DNA from: Candidatus Woesearchaeota archaeon | Lineage (GTDB): Archaea; Nanobdellota; Nanobdellia; Woesearchaeales; JAGVYF01 | Length of the DNA stretch: 64,000 nt | Reading direction: 5' to 3' | NCBI GenBank assembly: GCA_041650315.1 | Contig: JBAZLJ010000001.1 | Coordinates: forward strand, 280,259-344,258 | In this document: positions 46,141 to 56,597 of the stretch, one piece after another | Layout of the letters: the number at the start of each line of letters is the position of its first letter | Numbering within the stretch: the stretch's first letter is position 1 | Program-made: the position numbers and the translations under genes | The notes under the pieces: model-generated | Told to the model about the DNA's origin: nothing | The model's input: the letters and a program-made list of their open reading frames with translations, nothing else | Database searches by the model: none

Positions 46141-47238
46141 TTACTTGGCGCCGATGAATTTGAGTATCTCGTTTTCAAGATAATCGAAGACGCTTTCTTT
46201 CTTTTTCATTGGAGTTGGTCTGGTAAATTCCAATTCAGGCACTTGCGGGACTGGTTCAGGCAGGTCTATCCTCATATCATCTGGTTCCTGCGTTATGTCC
46301 GGCAGTTCTAATGTATTAGGAATATGATGCTTCTGTTCCATTGGTCTTGGCGCTTCCATCATAGGGAATGATTCCGGAAGTTCTCCGATTGTTTCGAATT
46401 TGATTGGTTCTATGTTCATGTTCTTCCTGCTTTCATATTTCAGAGCCATCTCATTGAATTTGTTCTTCAATGCTGTGATCTTTTCGATTAATGGTTTAAG
46501 CCTTCTTTGGCTGTGCTTGCTCTGCATCTTTATGAGTTTCATCTCGAACATCTTTATGGTCTTGTCGAGCTCTTTCATCTTATCTTTGTGTGCTTCCATT
46601 TTCTCATTCTCTTCAGCTACTTTTATCGCGATCAATTGATTAAGCTTGTCCTGCATCTGGGCAAGCGAGTTCTGCATAGTATCGACCCTTTTGTCTTTAG
46701 CCATGATTGGCTCTATTTTTTTAACTACTTCTAATGTAGGTCTGATTATCTCTTTCTTGATTATGACTGGGCTTCTGTGCTTGAGCTCTTTGAGTTCATC
46801 TGCTAATGCCTCTATTTTATCTTCTTGCTCTTCGTTGATGGATTCTTGTTCCTCTTCCCATTCTTCATCTTCTTTCACTTTACTTTCGATGTTGTTAACT
46901 TCTGAGAACAGGTCGTAGATACGTTTTTCATCTTTGCTGAGCTCTTTTTTAGTCTCATCAATTTTATTATCAGTCTCTTTTACTCTCGTATTAAGCAGAT
47001 TAAGAGCTTCTTTCTCTTTAGTCTCTACGATTATCTTAGGCATCATCGGTTGGAAATCGTCCTTGAATTTCCTGATTGTATCGCCTATATCAGAATGCTG
47101 TTTCGGTCCAGGCATATCGGTCATATGCGGTCTTTCTGTTTTTTTTATCTCAGGCATTTTCGGTTGTAAGTCTTCCTGTTTCAATCTCTTGAAATGTAGA
47201 AGTAATCTCCTGACTTTCCGAGGATGCAGTTCAGCCAT
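46141..47238 (-). CDS. Coiled-coil protein, paralog A (C-terminal motif EAPRPME...KKKESVFDYL)
   Basis: 365 aa. K/E-rich heptads. Pro/Met-rich termini. Shares the C-terminal motif with the adjacent gene. Confidence 0.4.
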   Translation of the reverse strand: MAELHPRKVRRLLLHFKRLKQEDLQPKMPEIKKTERPHMTDMPGPKQHSDIGDTIRKFKDDFQPMMPKIIVETKEKEALNLLNTRVKETDNKIDETKKELSKDEKRIYDLFSEVNNIESKVKEDEEWEEEQESINEEQEDKIEALADELKELKHRSPVIIKKEIIRPTLEVVKKIEPIMAKDKRVDTMQNSLAQMQDKLNQLIAIKVAEENEKMEAHKDKMKELDKTIKMFEMKLIKMQSKHSQRRLKPLIEKITALKNKFNEMALKYESRKNMNIEPIKFETIGELPESFPMMEAPRPMEQKHHIPNTLELPDITQEPDDMRIDLPEPVPQVPELEFTRPTPMKKKESVFDYLENEILKFIGAK

Positions 47239-47240
47239 TT

Positions 47241-47786
47241 TTATTTGAATAATTCAGAGAAGCTTTTCTTCTTTTTCTCAGGTAATCTTGGCGGAGGCGG
47301 CATTGGCGCTCCTGTCAATGGTTTTGATTCCATTGGTCTTGGTGCTGAGAAACTTGGCGGTGGCATAGGCGAAAAACTCTGTTTCGGCATATCAAAGCTC
47401 ATCTGCGGCTTTGATGAGGCGCCCATATTGCCTACCATTCTTTTGATGTATGGAATGTCACTATTCAGCATGTTCGCTACTGCGATTATGCCTTTTGCGA
47501 TCTTTTCATTTTGCTCTACTACCTGATCAAGTTTGTCTTGAATAGGTTTTAATTCTTTTATGAATAATTCTTCTTCTCTTTCTTCAAGTTTCATCTCTTC
47601 AGTTGCTTCTTCGAATGTCTGTGTGAAATCTTGGAGCGTTGTCGCTAACTTCTCCATAGTGTCCATGACATTCTCTGGACTTGCTTTCTTCTTAGAAACA
47701 GCTGTTTTTGTGAGTTTTAACGCTTCGATCTCTCTTTTCAGAGCATCAAGCTTCTCGAAAGGTAATGCTTCTTCATCTTTAGCCAT
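47241..47786 (-). CDS. Coiled-coil protein, paralog B (C-terminal motif SAPRPME...KKKKSFSELF)
   Basis: 181 aa. Helical N-terminal two thirds, then a Pro-rich tail PMPPPSFSAPRPMESKP...PMPPPPRLPEKKKKSFSELFK. Lies 2 bp from paralog A. Confidence 0.4.
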   Translation of the reverse strand: MAKDEEALPFEKLDALKREIEALKLTKTAVSKKKASPENVMDTMEKLATTLQDFTQTFEEATEEMKLEEREEELFIKELKPIQDKLDQVVEQNEKIAKGIIAVANMLNSDIPYIKRMVGNMGASSKPQMSFDMPKQSFSPMPPPSFSAPRPMESKPLTGAPMPPPPRLPEKKKKSFSELFK

Positions 47787-47903
47787 GATATCACCGCTTT
47801 TTTTGATTATTATAAATATAAATTATCCTAATACTATATGGAATTAGCGATTTTAGTATTTATATATGTTTTGGTGGGTTTATATAGAACGAGTATTGAA
47901 ATC

Positions 47904-48365
47904 TTATAATTCTTTAGAATAGACTATTGTCTTGCCCTGAGACTTAAATTTATTATGTTTCATGATTTTCTGCATATTCTTGTTCCAGTCATATACAAGT
48001 CCGAATATCCTTTTGATATGCCTTTCTCTAGATTCCTGTTCAACTGCTTTCATTAGCAAGCTGCCGATGCCTTGACCTCTACATTTGGGAGATACCACTA
48101 TTTTTGACCAATACGTGTATTTCATAATCTCTTCAAATTCAGCTACTGTCGCTCCGCAGATTTTCTTTTCTATTTCTGCAATAATTATTCTTAATGTGTT
48201 CGATCTTAGGCAGTTTAGGAAATACTTTTTATCATGCTTTTGATTAGAATAATCTATTATCTCATGGACATTGGAATATAACCTGACTAATTGCGGGATA
48301 TCCTTGGTTTGCGCTTTCCTTATGATGATATCTGGATTTTGTTTCAATATCTCTTTTGAGAGCAT
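47904..48365 (-). CDS. GNAT-family N-acetyltransferase
   Basis: RGQGIGSLLMKAVEQ is the motif A Q/RxxGxG/A. 153 aa. Confidence 0.75.
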   Translation of the reverse strand: MLSKEILKQNPDIIIRKAQTKDIPQLVRLYSNVHEIIDYSNQKHDKKYFLNCLRSNTLRIIIAEIEKKICGATVAEFEEIMKYTYWSKIVVSPKCRGQGIGSLLMKAVEQESRERHIKRIFGLVYDWNKNMQKIMKHNKFKSQGKTIVYSKEL

Positions 48366-48418
48366 TGCAATCTTATAAATATGTGGGTTAAAAGAATAAG
48401 AAAAAATGTAGAATTAAT

Positions 48419-50062
48419 CTACATCATGCCTTCAGGAGGCATTCCGCCCATGCCGCCCATTCCGCCAGGCGGTGCTTGATTCTTTGAGCTTGAACCTGCG
48501 ATGACATCGTCAATCCTTAGAATCATGATTGCGACTTCTGCTGCGCTTTGGACTGCTTGAGTTTTAATCTGCAATGGTTCGATTACGCCGTTTGCCCATG
48601 CGTCTACGACTTTGCCTGCGAATACGTCAACGCCTGCCCATTTCTGGCCTTTGTCATGCGCTGCTTTCATTTCTGTAAGCATGTCAATAGGGTCAAGACC
48701 TGCGTTCTCTGCTAGAGTTCTAGGCACTATTTCGATTGCTTCTGCGAATGCGTTAACTGCCAGCTGTTCTCTGCCGCACAATGAATCTGCGAAAGCTCTC
48801 AATCTTTTGCTTAGCTCGATTTCGATAGCTCCTGCGCCTGCGACTACTTTACCTGTCCTGATTGCTGAAGCTAGTACGCCTAACGAATCGTCAAGCGCTC
48901 TTTTTACTTCATCAACGACATGGTCTGTGCCGCCTCTCACTAGAATTGTGACTGCTTTAGGGTTTGAGCATTGCTCAATAAATGTCATCATCTCATCGCC
49001 GACTTTTTTCTCTTCTACAAGTCCTGCGAAGCCTAGCTCTTTTTCTGAAAGGTCGTCTAGGTTTGTTACCATTTGCGCGCCTGTTGCTCTTGCAAGTTTT
49101 TCTATGTCAGATTTCTTTACTCTCCTAGCAGCATAGATTCCTTTTTTCGCAAGGAAATGTTGAGCGATGTCATCAATGCCTTTTTGGCAGATGACTACGT
49201 TTGCGCCTGACTTTGCGATTTTCTCGACCATATTTCTGATTATTTTTTCTTCTTGGTCCAAGAAAGCCTGCATTTGGTTAGGATCAGTTATTTGGATTTT
49301 TGCGTCAGTCTCTGTGCTTTTCACTTCGATAGCTGAATCGATCAATGCGATTTTCGCATTTTTAACTACTGTCGGCATAGCTGGATGGACTCTTTCTTTG
49401 TCCAGAATTATACCTTCAATCAATTCAGAATCTTCTACGCTTGAGCCGACTTTTTTGTCGACTTTGATATCGTCAAGGCTGATAGTTTTCTTACCGTCTT
49501 TCTCAACTGTGACTTTCAAAACTGCTTCTACTGCGATTTTCGCTAGTTTGTCTTTTGCGATTTCTGCGCCTTTGCTTGACATTGCAGTCATAGCTAGTTT
49601 AGTAAGAGTCACTTTGTCGTTTGTGTTGACTGGTTCAGCCATTTCATGCAATAATGATAATGCCTTTTCTGAAGCTATTTTGTAGCCTTTTGATAGAACT
49701 GTTGGATGGATGTTTTGGTCCAATAAGAATTCAGCTTTTTTCAATAGTTCGCCAGCAAGGACTGCTGCTGTTGTAGTGCCGTCACCGACTTCGCTCTCTT
49801 GCGTTTTTGCGACTTCTACTAGCATCTTTGCTGCAGGATGCTCGATCTGCATCTCTTGAAGAATTGTAACGCCGTCGTTTGTTATAATCACATCGCCTAG
49901 GCTATCGACAATCATCTTGTCCATTCCTTTTGGACCTAGAGTTGTCCTGACTGCTTCCGCGACCATTCTTGCGGCCATTATGTTATTCCTTTGAGCGCTC
50001 TTTCCGGATGTTCTTTGAGTGCCTTCAGGCAGTATGAAGATAGGTTGCATTTGGTTATTCAT
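48419..50062 (-). CDS. ths: Thermosome subunit (group II chaperonin)
   Basis: [24 protein letters not shown]-terminal GGMGGMGGM tail. 547 aa. Confidence 0.95.
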   Translation of the reverse strand: MNNQMQPIFILPEGTQRTSGKSAQRNNIMAARMVAEAVRTTLGPKGMDKMIVDSLGDVIITNDGVTILQEMQIEHPAAKMLVEVAKTQESEVGDGTTTAAVLAGELLKKAEFLLDQNIHPTVLSKGYKIASEKALSLLHEMAEPVNTNDKVTLTKLAMTAMSSKGAEIAKDKLAKIAVEAVLKVTVEKDGKKTISLDDIKVDKKVGSSVEDSELIEGIILDKERVHPAMPTVVKNAKIALIDSAIEVKSTETDAKIQITDPNQMQAFLDQEEKIIRNMVEKIAKSGANVVICQKGIDDIAQHFLAKKGIYAARRVKKSDIEKLARATGAQMVTNLDDLSEKELGFAGLVEEKKVGDEMMTFIEQCSNPKAVTILVRGGTDHVVDEVKRALDDSLGVLASAIRTGKVVAGAGAIEIELSKRLRAFADSLCGREQLAVNAFAEAIEIVPRTLAENAGLDPIDMLTEMKAAHDKGQKWAGVDVFAGKVVDAWANGVIEPLQIKTQAVQSAAEVAIMILRIDDVIAGSSSKNQAPPGGMGGMGGMPPEGMM

Positions 50063-50179
50063 TTTGACATCACCTTGTGTGTTTAGTTATTATTTTGTAT
50101 TGTTATAGAACTATCACCTGATAGATGGTTTTTCTGGCGAGTTGTATTTAAAGGTTATGGTAGGAAAGGCCAAATTTTA

Positions 50180-50827
50180 TTAGAGGAGATGGATATTTGC
50201 TTCTCTATGGATAATCTCTACCATTTCAGTCAGATTTCTGGCTTCATAATCCGGTCTTATCTGCGTCTTCTGTCTCCAATTCATGAAAATAGTTCTGGCA
50301 CCCATAGCTTTGCCTGTAGCTATATCATCAGGCGCATCTCCTATGAACCATTTCTCTTGTCCCGGTTGATATCTTCCATTAATCATTTTTAATCCTCTGT
50401 ATGGATCCGGTTTGTTCGGGTCGCGGAGATTGTTACAAGAAATATCTGTGAAATGCTTTGCTAGATCAAATGTATCTATCTCAGCTTTGGCTTGATCTTC
50501 AGGAGTGTTAGTGAAAAGATAGAGATTCGCAATTTTTTCTAATGCACTTAAAGCTTCGTGTGTGTCAGGAAATAATCTTATCTTTCCTTCTTTGATGGCT
50601 TGGCTTCTTTCTTTTAATCCATTGTGCTTGTTATATTCATGCCAGAATCTTTGCGGATCAATCGGGAAGTTCATCAAATAATTTCTACCTTTCATGAAAT
50701 CTTCTTTAGTAACATCTATGCCAAATCTTTTGTAATTCTCTATACCTGATGGGATGTAGTATCCTTCCCAGATATCCACTAAAGTGTCATCAAGATCGAA
50801 AAATATGTAGAGGTCTTTCATGGGCAA
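50180..50827 (-). CDS. HAD-superfamily hydrolase
   Basis: Motif I FFDLDDTLVD. Later motifs (FTNT; GDAPDDI). Confidence 0.7.
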   Translation of the reverse strand: MPMKDLYIFFDLDDTLVDIWEGYYIPSGIENYKRFGIDVTKEDFMKGRNYLMNFPIDPQRFWHEYNKHNGLKERSQAIKEGKIRLFPDTHEALSALEKIANLYLFTNTPEDQAKAEIDTFDLAKHFTDISCNNLRDPNKPDPYRGLKMINGRYQPGQEKWFIGDAPDDIATGKAMGARTIFMNWRQKTQIRPDYEARNLTEMVEIIHREANIHLL

Positions 50828-50885
50828 AGAGATTTACTTGGTTTTTATAAAGCTAACTTCGGATTTTTCATTAAATTCTCTATCG

Positions 50886-51026
50886 GGCGCGTCCAGAATT
50901 CTCGTTTCACTCGATCAATGCCATCTCACATCTACTTCTTTTCATCTATCTTCAGAATGGATTCTGCTAATTATCTGTACATGTAGTATGTTCAGTATAG
51001 GCATTGGTACCATTCTGGACATACTC
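50886..51026. mobile_element. MITE-like element copy B (shorter and degenerate): TIRs GGGCGCGTCCAGAATT / CATTCTGGACATACTC
   Basis: The interior aligns with 241-340 of copy A (CACATCTACTTCTTT...GATTCTGCTAATTATCTGTA...GTATGTTCAGTATAGGCATTGGT). It lacks the double-hairpin module. Confidence 0.55.
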
Positions 51027-51170
51027 TTCTCTACCCAAACCTTTATAAATAACCTGTTGAAGCTATATGTTTAACAATATAACTCAATTCTTAGGTGAAA
51101 TCACTGCCAAGAGAGCTCTATATTGTGTATTCACATTTATTTTGTATATTATAGGGGAAAATAAGGAGAA

Positions 51171-53780
51171 ATGACTGAAATCATAACTTTCAAGGAAAAG
51201 CCGAACACTTCTGCTGAGATTGAGAAAGTGCTGAATCCGTTAGTTAAAAAATGGTTCTTCTCGAAATTCAAGGAATTCTCGCTTCCTCAGCTGCATGGCG
51301 TTCTTGAGATACATTCACGTAACAATGTTTTAGTATCTGCTCCTACTGGCGCGACTAAAACACTTACTGGTTTTCTTTCTGTACTGAATAGCCTTATTGA
51401 TTGCGATGAAAAAGGCATTCTGCAGGACAAAGTATATTGCATCTATATTTCGCCTTTGAAGGCTTTATCTAATGATATTGAAAAGAACTTGCTTGAGCCA
51501 CTTGCTGAAATGTCTAAGCTTGCGGGCAAGGAATTGCCTATCCGTGTCGCGACACGTACAGGAGACACAACTGCTTCCGAACGTACCAAGATGATGAAGC
51601 ATACTCCGCATATTCTGATTACTACGCCAGAGTCACTTGCTATTTTGCTTTCTAGTCCGAATTTCAGGGACAAATTGAATAATGTGGATTGGTGCATCAT
51701 CGATGAGGTTCACGCACTTGCAGAGAATAAAAGAGGCGTGCATCTTGCGCTTTCTATGGAAAGATTGCAGAAGCTGAGTCCTGGTATGTGCAGGGTTGGA
51801 CTTAGCGCGACAGTCTCGCCGCTTGATGAAGTCGCAAAGTTTCTTGTTGGCGTGAAACGTCCTTGCAAGATAATCGATGTACAATTCATCAAAGAACTGG
51901 ATTTGCAGGTATTGAGTCCTGTGCCAGATTTAATTAATATCAATTATGAGACTTTGAACAAAAAAACTTACGAGCTTATCGATAAACTTATTCAGGAGCA
52001 TAAGACGACACTTGTCTTTACCAATACCAGAGCCGGCACTGAAAGAGTTGTCCATCATCTGAAAACTAATTTCCCTAAGAAATATTGCGAGATCGAAGAA
52101 GGTGATCCTACTAAGATGTCGAGCTTAATTGGTGCGCATCATGGTTCATTATCTAAAGAGCATAGATTGAATATTGAGAATAGTCTGCGTGACGGAAAGT
52201 TGAAAGCAGTTGTCTGCTCGACTTCACTTGAACTCGGCATTGATATCGGTTATATCGATTTAGTTATTCTATTAGGTTCGCCTAAATCTGTGGCGCGCGG
52301 ATTGCAGCGTGTCGGTAGAAGTGGGCACCAATTGCATTCTGTGACAAAAGGCAGAATCATTGTCATGGACCGCGACGATCTTGTCGAATGCTCTGTGCTA
52401 TTGAAAAATGCTATTGAGAAGAAAATTGACAGAATACATATACCAACCAATTGCCTTGACGTACTCGCGCAACAAGTTTTCGGCATATCCCTTGACGGCG
52501 TTGTCGAGGTGCGTGATGTGTATAAGATGGTCAAGCAATCTTATTGCTACGAGAATCTTTCAATGGATGAGTTCATTGAAGTCGTTGAATATCTGGCGGG
52601 TAAGTTTATCTCTTTGGAGGATAGGCACGTTTATGCCAAGATATGGTACGAAGACGGAAAGATGGGCAAGCGCGGAAAGCTCGCTAAAGTCTTGTACATG
52701 ACAAACGTCGGTACAATCCCAGATTCATCAGGTATGATTGTCAAAGTAGGCACTTCTGTCATTGGAACAATCGATGAAAGTTTCCTTGAGAGATTGAAGC
52801 CGGGAGATATTTTTGTTTTAGGCGGAGATACTTATCAGTACAAGCATTCGAAAGGGATGGTCGTTCAGGTAGTCGCCGCTGTGGGCAAGAAACCGACTGT
52901 GCCTTCATGGTCTTCAGAGATGCTACCATTGTCTTTTGATCTTGCAGTTGATATCGAGAGGTTCAGATGGCTAATGCAAGATAAATTCAACAGCAAGCTG
53001 AAGAAGTTCGAGATAATCAAGTTCATCAATGAATATCTGTATGTTGATGATATTGCGGCTGAAGCAATCTATAATTATATGAGAGACCAATATGAATTCA
53101 TAGGCATACCTAATTTGCGTTGGATATTCGTAGAGCATTATAATGAAGGCGATAAAAGATTCAGTCTGTTCCATTCTTTATTCGGAAGGCGTGTGAATGA
53201 CGTTTTAGCTCGCGCTGTCGCTTTTGCAATTTCGCGCACACAGCATCGTGATGTCGAGATTGGCGTGACTGATAACGGATTTTATGTTGCTTCTGACAAG
53301 CCGATAAATGCTTTGAAAGCGTTTGAGATGCTGAAAGCGAAAGATTTGCGTAAGATAATGGATCTTGCTATCGATAATACTGAAGTTTTACGTCGTCGTT
53401 TCAGGCACTGCGCAGGACGTTCGCTGATGATATTGCGCAATTATATGGGGCATAAGAAGATGGTTGGTAGACAACAGGTTAGTTCAATGATATTATTGGC
53501 GGCTGTCAAACGTATATCCGAGAATTTCTCAATCCTGAAAGAAGCTAGACGTGAAGTCCTTGAAGATCAGATGGATGTCGCGAATGCTGGCGTTGTCCTG
53601 CAGATGATTGAGGATAAGAAATTGAAGATTACCGAGCATACCACTAAGATTCCGTCTCCTTTTGCGTTTAACTTAGTATTGCATGGCTATTCAGACTTGT
53701 ATAAGATAGATGACAAGCTCGAGTTCTTGCGTAAGATGCACGGACTTGTTCAGGCGAAGATTGGATTGAATAAGTTTTAA
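51171..53780 (+). CDS. lhr: Lhr-like ATP-dependent helicase (DEAD/DEAH superfamily 2, Lhr-core)
   Basis: Motif I APTGATKT. Motif II DEVH. SAT-like LSAT. Motif VI QRVGRSGH. Long C-terminal winged-helix/domain 4 region. 869 aa. Confidence 0.85.
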   Translation: MTEIITFKEKPNTSAEIEKVLNPLVKKWFFSKFKEFSLPQLHGVLEIHSRNNVLVSAPTGATKTLTGFLSVLNSLIDCDEKGILQDKVYCIYISPLKALSNDIEKNLLEPLAEMSKLAGKELPIRVATRTGDTTASERTKMMKHTPHILITTPESLAILLSSPNFRDKLNNVDWCIIDEVHALAENKRGVHLALSMERLQKLSPGMCRVGLSATVSPLDEVAKFLVGVKRPCKIIDVQFIKELDLQVLSPVPDLININYETLNKKTYELIDKLIQEHKTTLVFTNTRAGTERVVHHLKTNFPKKYCEIEEGDPTKMSSLIGAHHGSLSKEHRLNIENSLRDGKLKAVVCSTSLELGIDIGYIDLVILLGSPKSVARGLQRVGRSGHQLHSVTKGRIIVMDRDDLVECSVLLKNAIEKKIDRIHIPTNCLDVLAQQVFGISLDGVVEVRDVYKMVKQSYCYENLSMDEFIEVVEYLAGKFISLEDRHVYAKIWYEDGKMGKRGKLAKVLYMTNVGTIPDSSGMIVKVGTSVIGTIDESFLERLKPGDIFVLGGDTYQYKHSKGMVVQVVAAVGKKPTVPSWSSEMLPLSFDLAVDIERFRWLMQDKFNSKLKKFEIIKFINEYLYVDDIAAEAIYNYMRDQYEFIGIPNLRWIFVEHYNEGDKRFSLFHSLFGRRVNDVLARAVAFAISRTQHRDVEIGVTDNGFYVASDKPINALKAFEMLKAKDLRKIMDLAIDNTEVLRRRFRHCAGRSLMILRNYMGHKKMVGRQQVSSMILLAAVKRISENFSILKEARREVLEDQMDVANAGVVLQMIEDKKLKITEHTTKIPSPFAFNLVLHGYSDLYKIDDKLEFLRKMHGLVQAKIGLNKF

Positions 53781-53806
53781 ATAGTTCTTACTTATATTCT
53801 TTTTTA

Positions 53807-54511
53807 ATGAAAAAAACAGTGATGGGATTAGCTTTAGCAGCAGTGCTTTCTTTAGGTTATGGTGATTCTTCTTCTGCTAAGGATAAAACCATTGATAAGC
53901 CAGTACCGATAGAATGCGTTCGTGGGAATGATAAAGTTTATTTCAAGTCTCAGGAAGAAGGTGAGAAAGATCTAGCGGCTCAAGTCTTATCTTCTAAAGT
54001 GGAAGATTCTTGGTTTTATTGGAATGGGGTATGGGCAGATGTTGGCACCAATGAACTTCCTAAAGAGGTATCAGTAAATCCTGATTTAGAGGATTTGATG
54101 AATAATAAGTTCAAAGGAATAAAGGCAGGCGATGTTATTTATGATTATCATATACATCCTTTTTCAGGGTTTACAAAAGAAGGTAAGAAAAAAATTCCTT
54201 TGATGTCTTTAGCGGATTTATTACTGCATTCTACGATGAGGAAAAAGTTGGAGCCTTATGGCGTTATCTTGAAGTCTAGAATAGTCGATGAATTCGGCGT
54301 CACTGAATATTCGCTTCATGATGAATTGTACAGCAGGATGCATACTGGTGATAAAACCGGAATCAAGGATATCCTCAGTGAAAATATTCTATTAAAAGTT
54401 CTTTCCGGATTCAGCACAGGCATAGATTTGCGTGACGCGTATTACTACGGATTGATTATGAAAGGCGTGAAGATAGACATACGTTCTTTCAAAGGACAGA
54501 AGTTCTATTGA
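53807..54511 (+). CDS. Secreted hypothetical protein
   Basis: Signal peptide MKKTVMGLALAAVLSLGYG. No motif recognised. Confidence 0.35.
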   Translation: MKKTVMGLALAAVLSLGYGDSSSAKDKTIDKPVPIECVRGNDKVYFKSQEEGEKDLAAQVLSSKVEDSWFYWNGVWADVGTNELPKEVSVNPDLEDLMNNKFKGIKAGDVIYDYHIHPFSGFTKEGKKKIPLMSLADLLLHSTMRKKLEPYGVILKSRIVDEFGVTEYSLHDELYSRMHTGDKTGIKDILSENILLKVLSGFSTGIDLRDAYYYGLIMKGVKIDIRSFKGQKFY

Positions 54512-54556
54512 ATGTTCTGAGCAAAGTATATAAATCTTGGAATTAGTATTTATTCT

Positions 54557-55393
54557 ATGATTGAACCATTCTTGGCGATAGTTGGAGGCGCTTCTGCTGT
54601 GTTGTTTAGCCGTCAAGTGCTTTCTACTTACAAGCTCGGTTTCAAAGAGTATCTGTCTCTTGCGTTCTGGATGAACTGCCTTATCATGCTCCCTTTCCTG
54701 TACTGGATGAATAATTTCTCTCTCGTGATGCTTTTTAAGATGCCTGTGCTGTATATGGCTGGATTGATATTGACGGCGTGCATCTACAATTTCTTTTATT
54801 TCAAAGGATTCGCGCATGAACGCCTTAGTGAAGTTCAATCATTGATGCTACTTATCCCTCTGTTCGCTACGGGTTTCGCTTATGCTTTTTACCCGGTTGA
54901 AAGACATATTGTGCCTGTAGTGATGGCTATTGTTGCTACGCTTTTCTTGGTATGGGCGCATGTGTCGCATGGACATGTGAAATTCACCAAAAATTCTATT
55001 TATGTGCTTATTGCAGTCATCTTTTTTGGTCTTGAATATGTGTTCATGAAGAAACTGCTTGAAGTGTATAATCCGTTCACTCTTTATTTTGTTCGTTGTT
55101 TCATAATTGGAGTTATTTTCTTTTTCATGTGGGGCGTAAGGTATTCTTCAGTGAAGCCGAAGGCCTGGAAGTATTTGGTTGCGGCACAAGTAAGTTATGT
55201 AATTCAGTTCATTGCCGTATTTTGGAGCGTTGAGAAGAATGGGATTGTGCTGACTAATGTTGTATTGAATCTAATTCCTGTGCTGGTGTTCACGTATTCG
55301 TATTTCCATTACAGAGATCATCCCGGCTGGAAGAAGATGCTTGCTGGTTTTGTCATATTGATTTGCATTGTTATAGCTCAGCTTTATAGGTAG
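54557..55393 (+). CDS. Polytopic membrane protein, possibly DMT/EamA-like transporter
   Basis: About 10 TM helices, two halves of similar topology. Confidence 0.35.
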   Translation: MIEPFLAIVGGASAVLFSRQVLSTYKLGFKEYLSLAFWMNCLIMLPFLYWMNNFSLVMLFKMPVLYMAGLILTACIYNFFYFKGFAHERLSEVQSLMLLIPLFATGFAYAFYPVERHIVPVVMAIVATLFLVWAHVSHGHVKFTKNSIYVLIAVIFFGLEYVFMKKLLEVYNPFTLYFVRCFIIGVIFFFMWGVRYSSVKPKAWKYLVAAQVSYVIQFIAVFWSVEKNGIVLTNVVLNLIPVLVFTYSYFHYRDHPGWKKMLAGFVILICIVIAQLYR

Positions 55394-55413
55394 ATTTTTA
55401 TAGTTTTTTTCAT

Positions 55414-56136
55414 TTGTTGTTTTCTATGGAATTGATTAAAGGAATCAAGGTTGTTGATCTGGCGCTTGTTATCGGTAAGACTTTAGTTCTAGGGGACGTG
55501 CATATCGGATACGAAGAAGCGCTGAATAAGCAGGGCGTTCTTATCCCTAGATTCCAGTACGCTGATATCGTCAATCGGATTGAATCAATCCTTGGTTCTG
55601 GCACATTCGATACCATTGTGATAAACGGCGATCTGAAGCATGAGTTCGGAGTGATAAGCAGGACTGAATGGAAGCAGACTCTTGACATCCTGCAATTGCT
55701 TGAGACTCACTGCAAGAAAATAGTTTTAGTGCGCGGGAATCATGATAAAATATTGGAGCCGATTGCTAGGGTGAAGAATCTAACTATTGTGGATGAGTAT
55801 GTTGTTTCCGGCGTTTATATTTGTCATGGGCATAAGATTCCAACCACTTCTGCATTCAAGAAAGCTAAGGTTGTCGTTATAGGTCATGAGCATCCTGCAG
55901 TGAATCTGGACAGCGGAGTGCGTGTTGAGAAGTATAAATGCTATCTTTTGGGAACTTATCGCGCGAAGAAATTAATTGTCATGCCGTCCTTTAATCTAGT
56001 CGGCGAAGGGACTGATGTGTTGAAGGATAGATTGCTTTCGCCTTTCTTGAAGGATATAAATTCTTTTAAAGTGTATGTGGTTGGAGATAAGATATACGAT
56101 TTCGGTAAAGTCTCTAAGCTTCGTACAAAATGGTAG
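55414..56136 (+). CDS. Metallophosphoesterase (calcineurin-like)
   Basis: GDVH, GDLKHEFG, GNHD, ICHGH, GHEHP. This is the canonical MPE motif series. Confidence 0.75.
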   Translation: MLFSMELIKGIKVVDLALVIGKTLVLGDVHIGYEEALNKQGVLIPRFQYADIVNRIESILGSGTFDTIVINGDLKHEFGVISRTEWKQTLDILQLLETHCKKIVLVRGNHDKILEPIARVKNLTIVDEYVVSGVYICHGHKIPTTSAFKKAKVVVIGHEHPAVNLDSGVRVEKYKCYLLGTYRAKKLIVMPSFNLVGEGTDVLKDRLLSPFLKDINSFKVYVVGDKIYDFGKVSKLRTKW

Positions 56137-56594
56137 ACCATTCTAAGATCAGGCGGATAATAAATCGGCATGATTATTCAGGCAAGATTGTTCTTGATCT
56201 AGGCTGCGGTCCTGGATTTGGGCTTGAGGCGCTCGTCAAGCATTCTCCTAAGCAGATAATCGCTCTTGATATGTTGGATTCTGTATTGCTGAAAGCTCGG
56301 TTGCGTGTTTCTGCGGATTATGTGCGCGGAACTTTCGAAGAGATTCCTTTGCGTAATGATTCTGTTCATATAGCACTTTCTACCTACGCTAACTTTCTTG
56401 ACGGAGATGTTAGATTGCGATGCTCTGAAGTCTATCGCGTGTTGCGTCCCGGCGGAGAATTGACTATTTTATGCACTAAGCCCTATCATTTCAATCTCGA
56501 TAATGATTGGATCTATTCTTTGTATTCTGAGAAGTTCAGTTATGTGCATATGACTGACCAGAAGCATCTTGTGACATTAATCGCTAAAAAATAA
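56130..56594 (+). CDS. Class I SAM-dependent methyltransferase
   Basis: VLDLGCGPGFG (motif I), LRPGGEL (post II). Confidence 0.7.
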   Translation: MVDHSKIRRIINRHDYSGKIVLDLGCGPGFGLEALVKHSPKQIIALDMLDSVLLKARLRVSADYVRGTFEEIPLRNDSVHIALSTYANFLDGDVRLRCSEVYRVLRPGGELTILCTKPYHFNLDNDWIYSLYSEKFSYVHMTDQKHLVTLIAKK

Positions 56595-56597
56595 ATC

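Noticed and set aside
46400-47526. Plus-strand ORFs antisense to the coiled-coil gene pair
   Set aside because: Products are Ser/Leu/Phe low-complexity translations of the reverse strand of K/E-rich codons.
48419-48470. [10 protein letters not shown]-terminal repeat in thermosome
   Set aside because: Canonical feature of group II chaperonins. Not novel.
48612-49685. Two ~170-aa plus-strand ORFs antisense to the thermosome gene
   Set aside because: Low-complexity Ser/Ala/Phe-rich translations. The thermosome call on the other strand is unambiguous.
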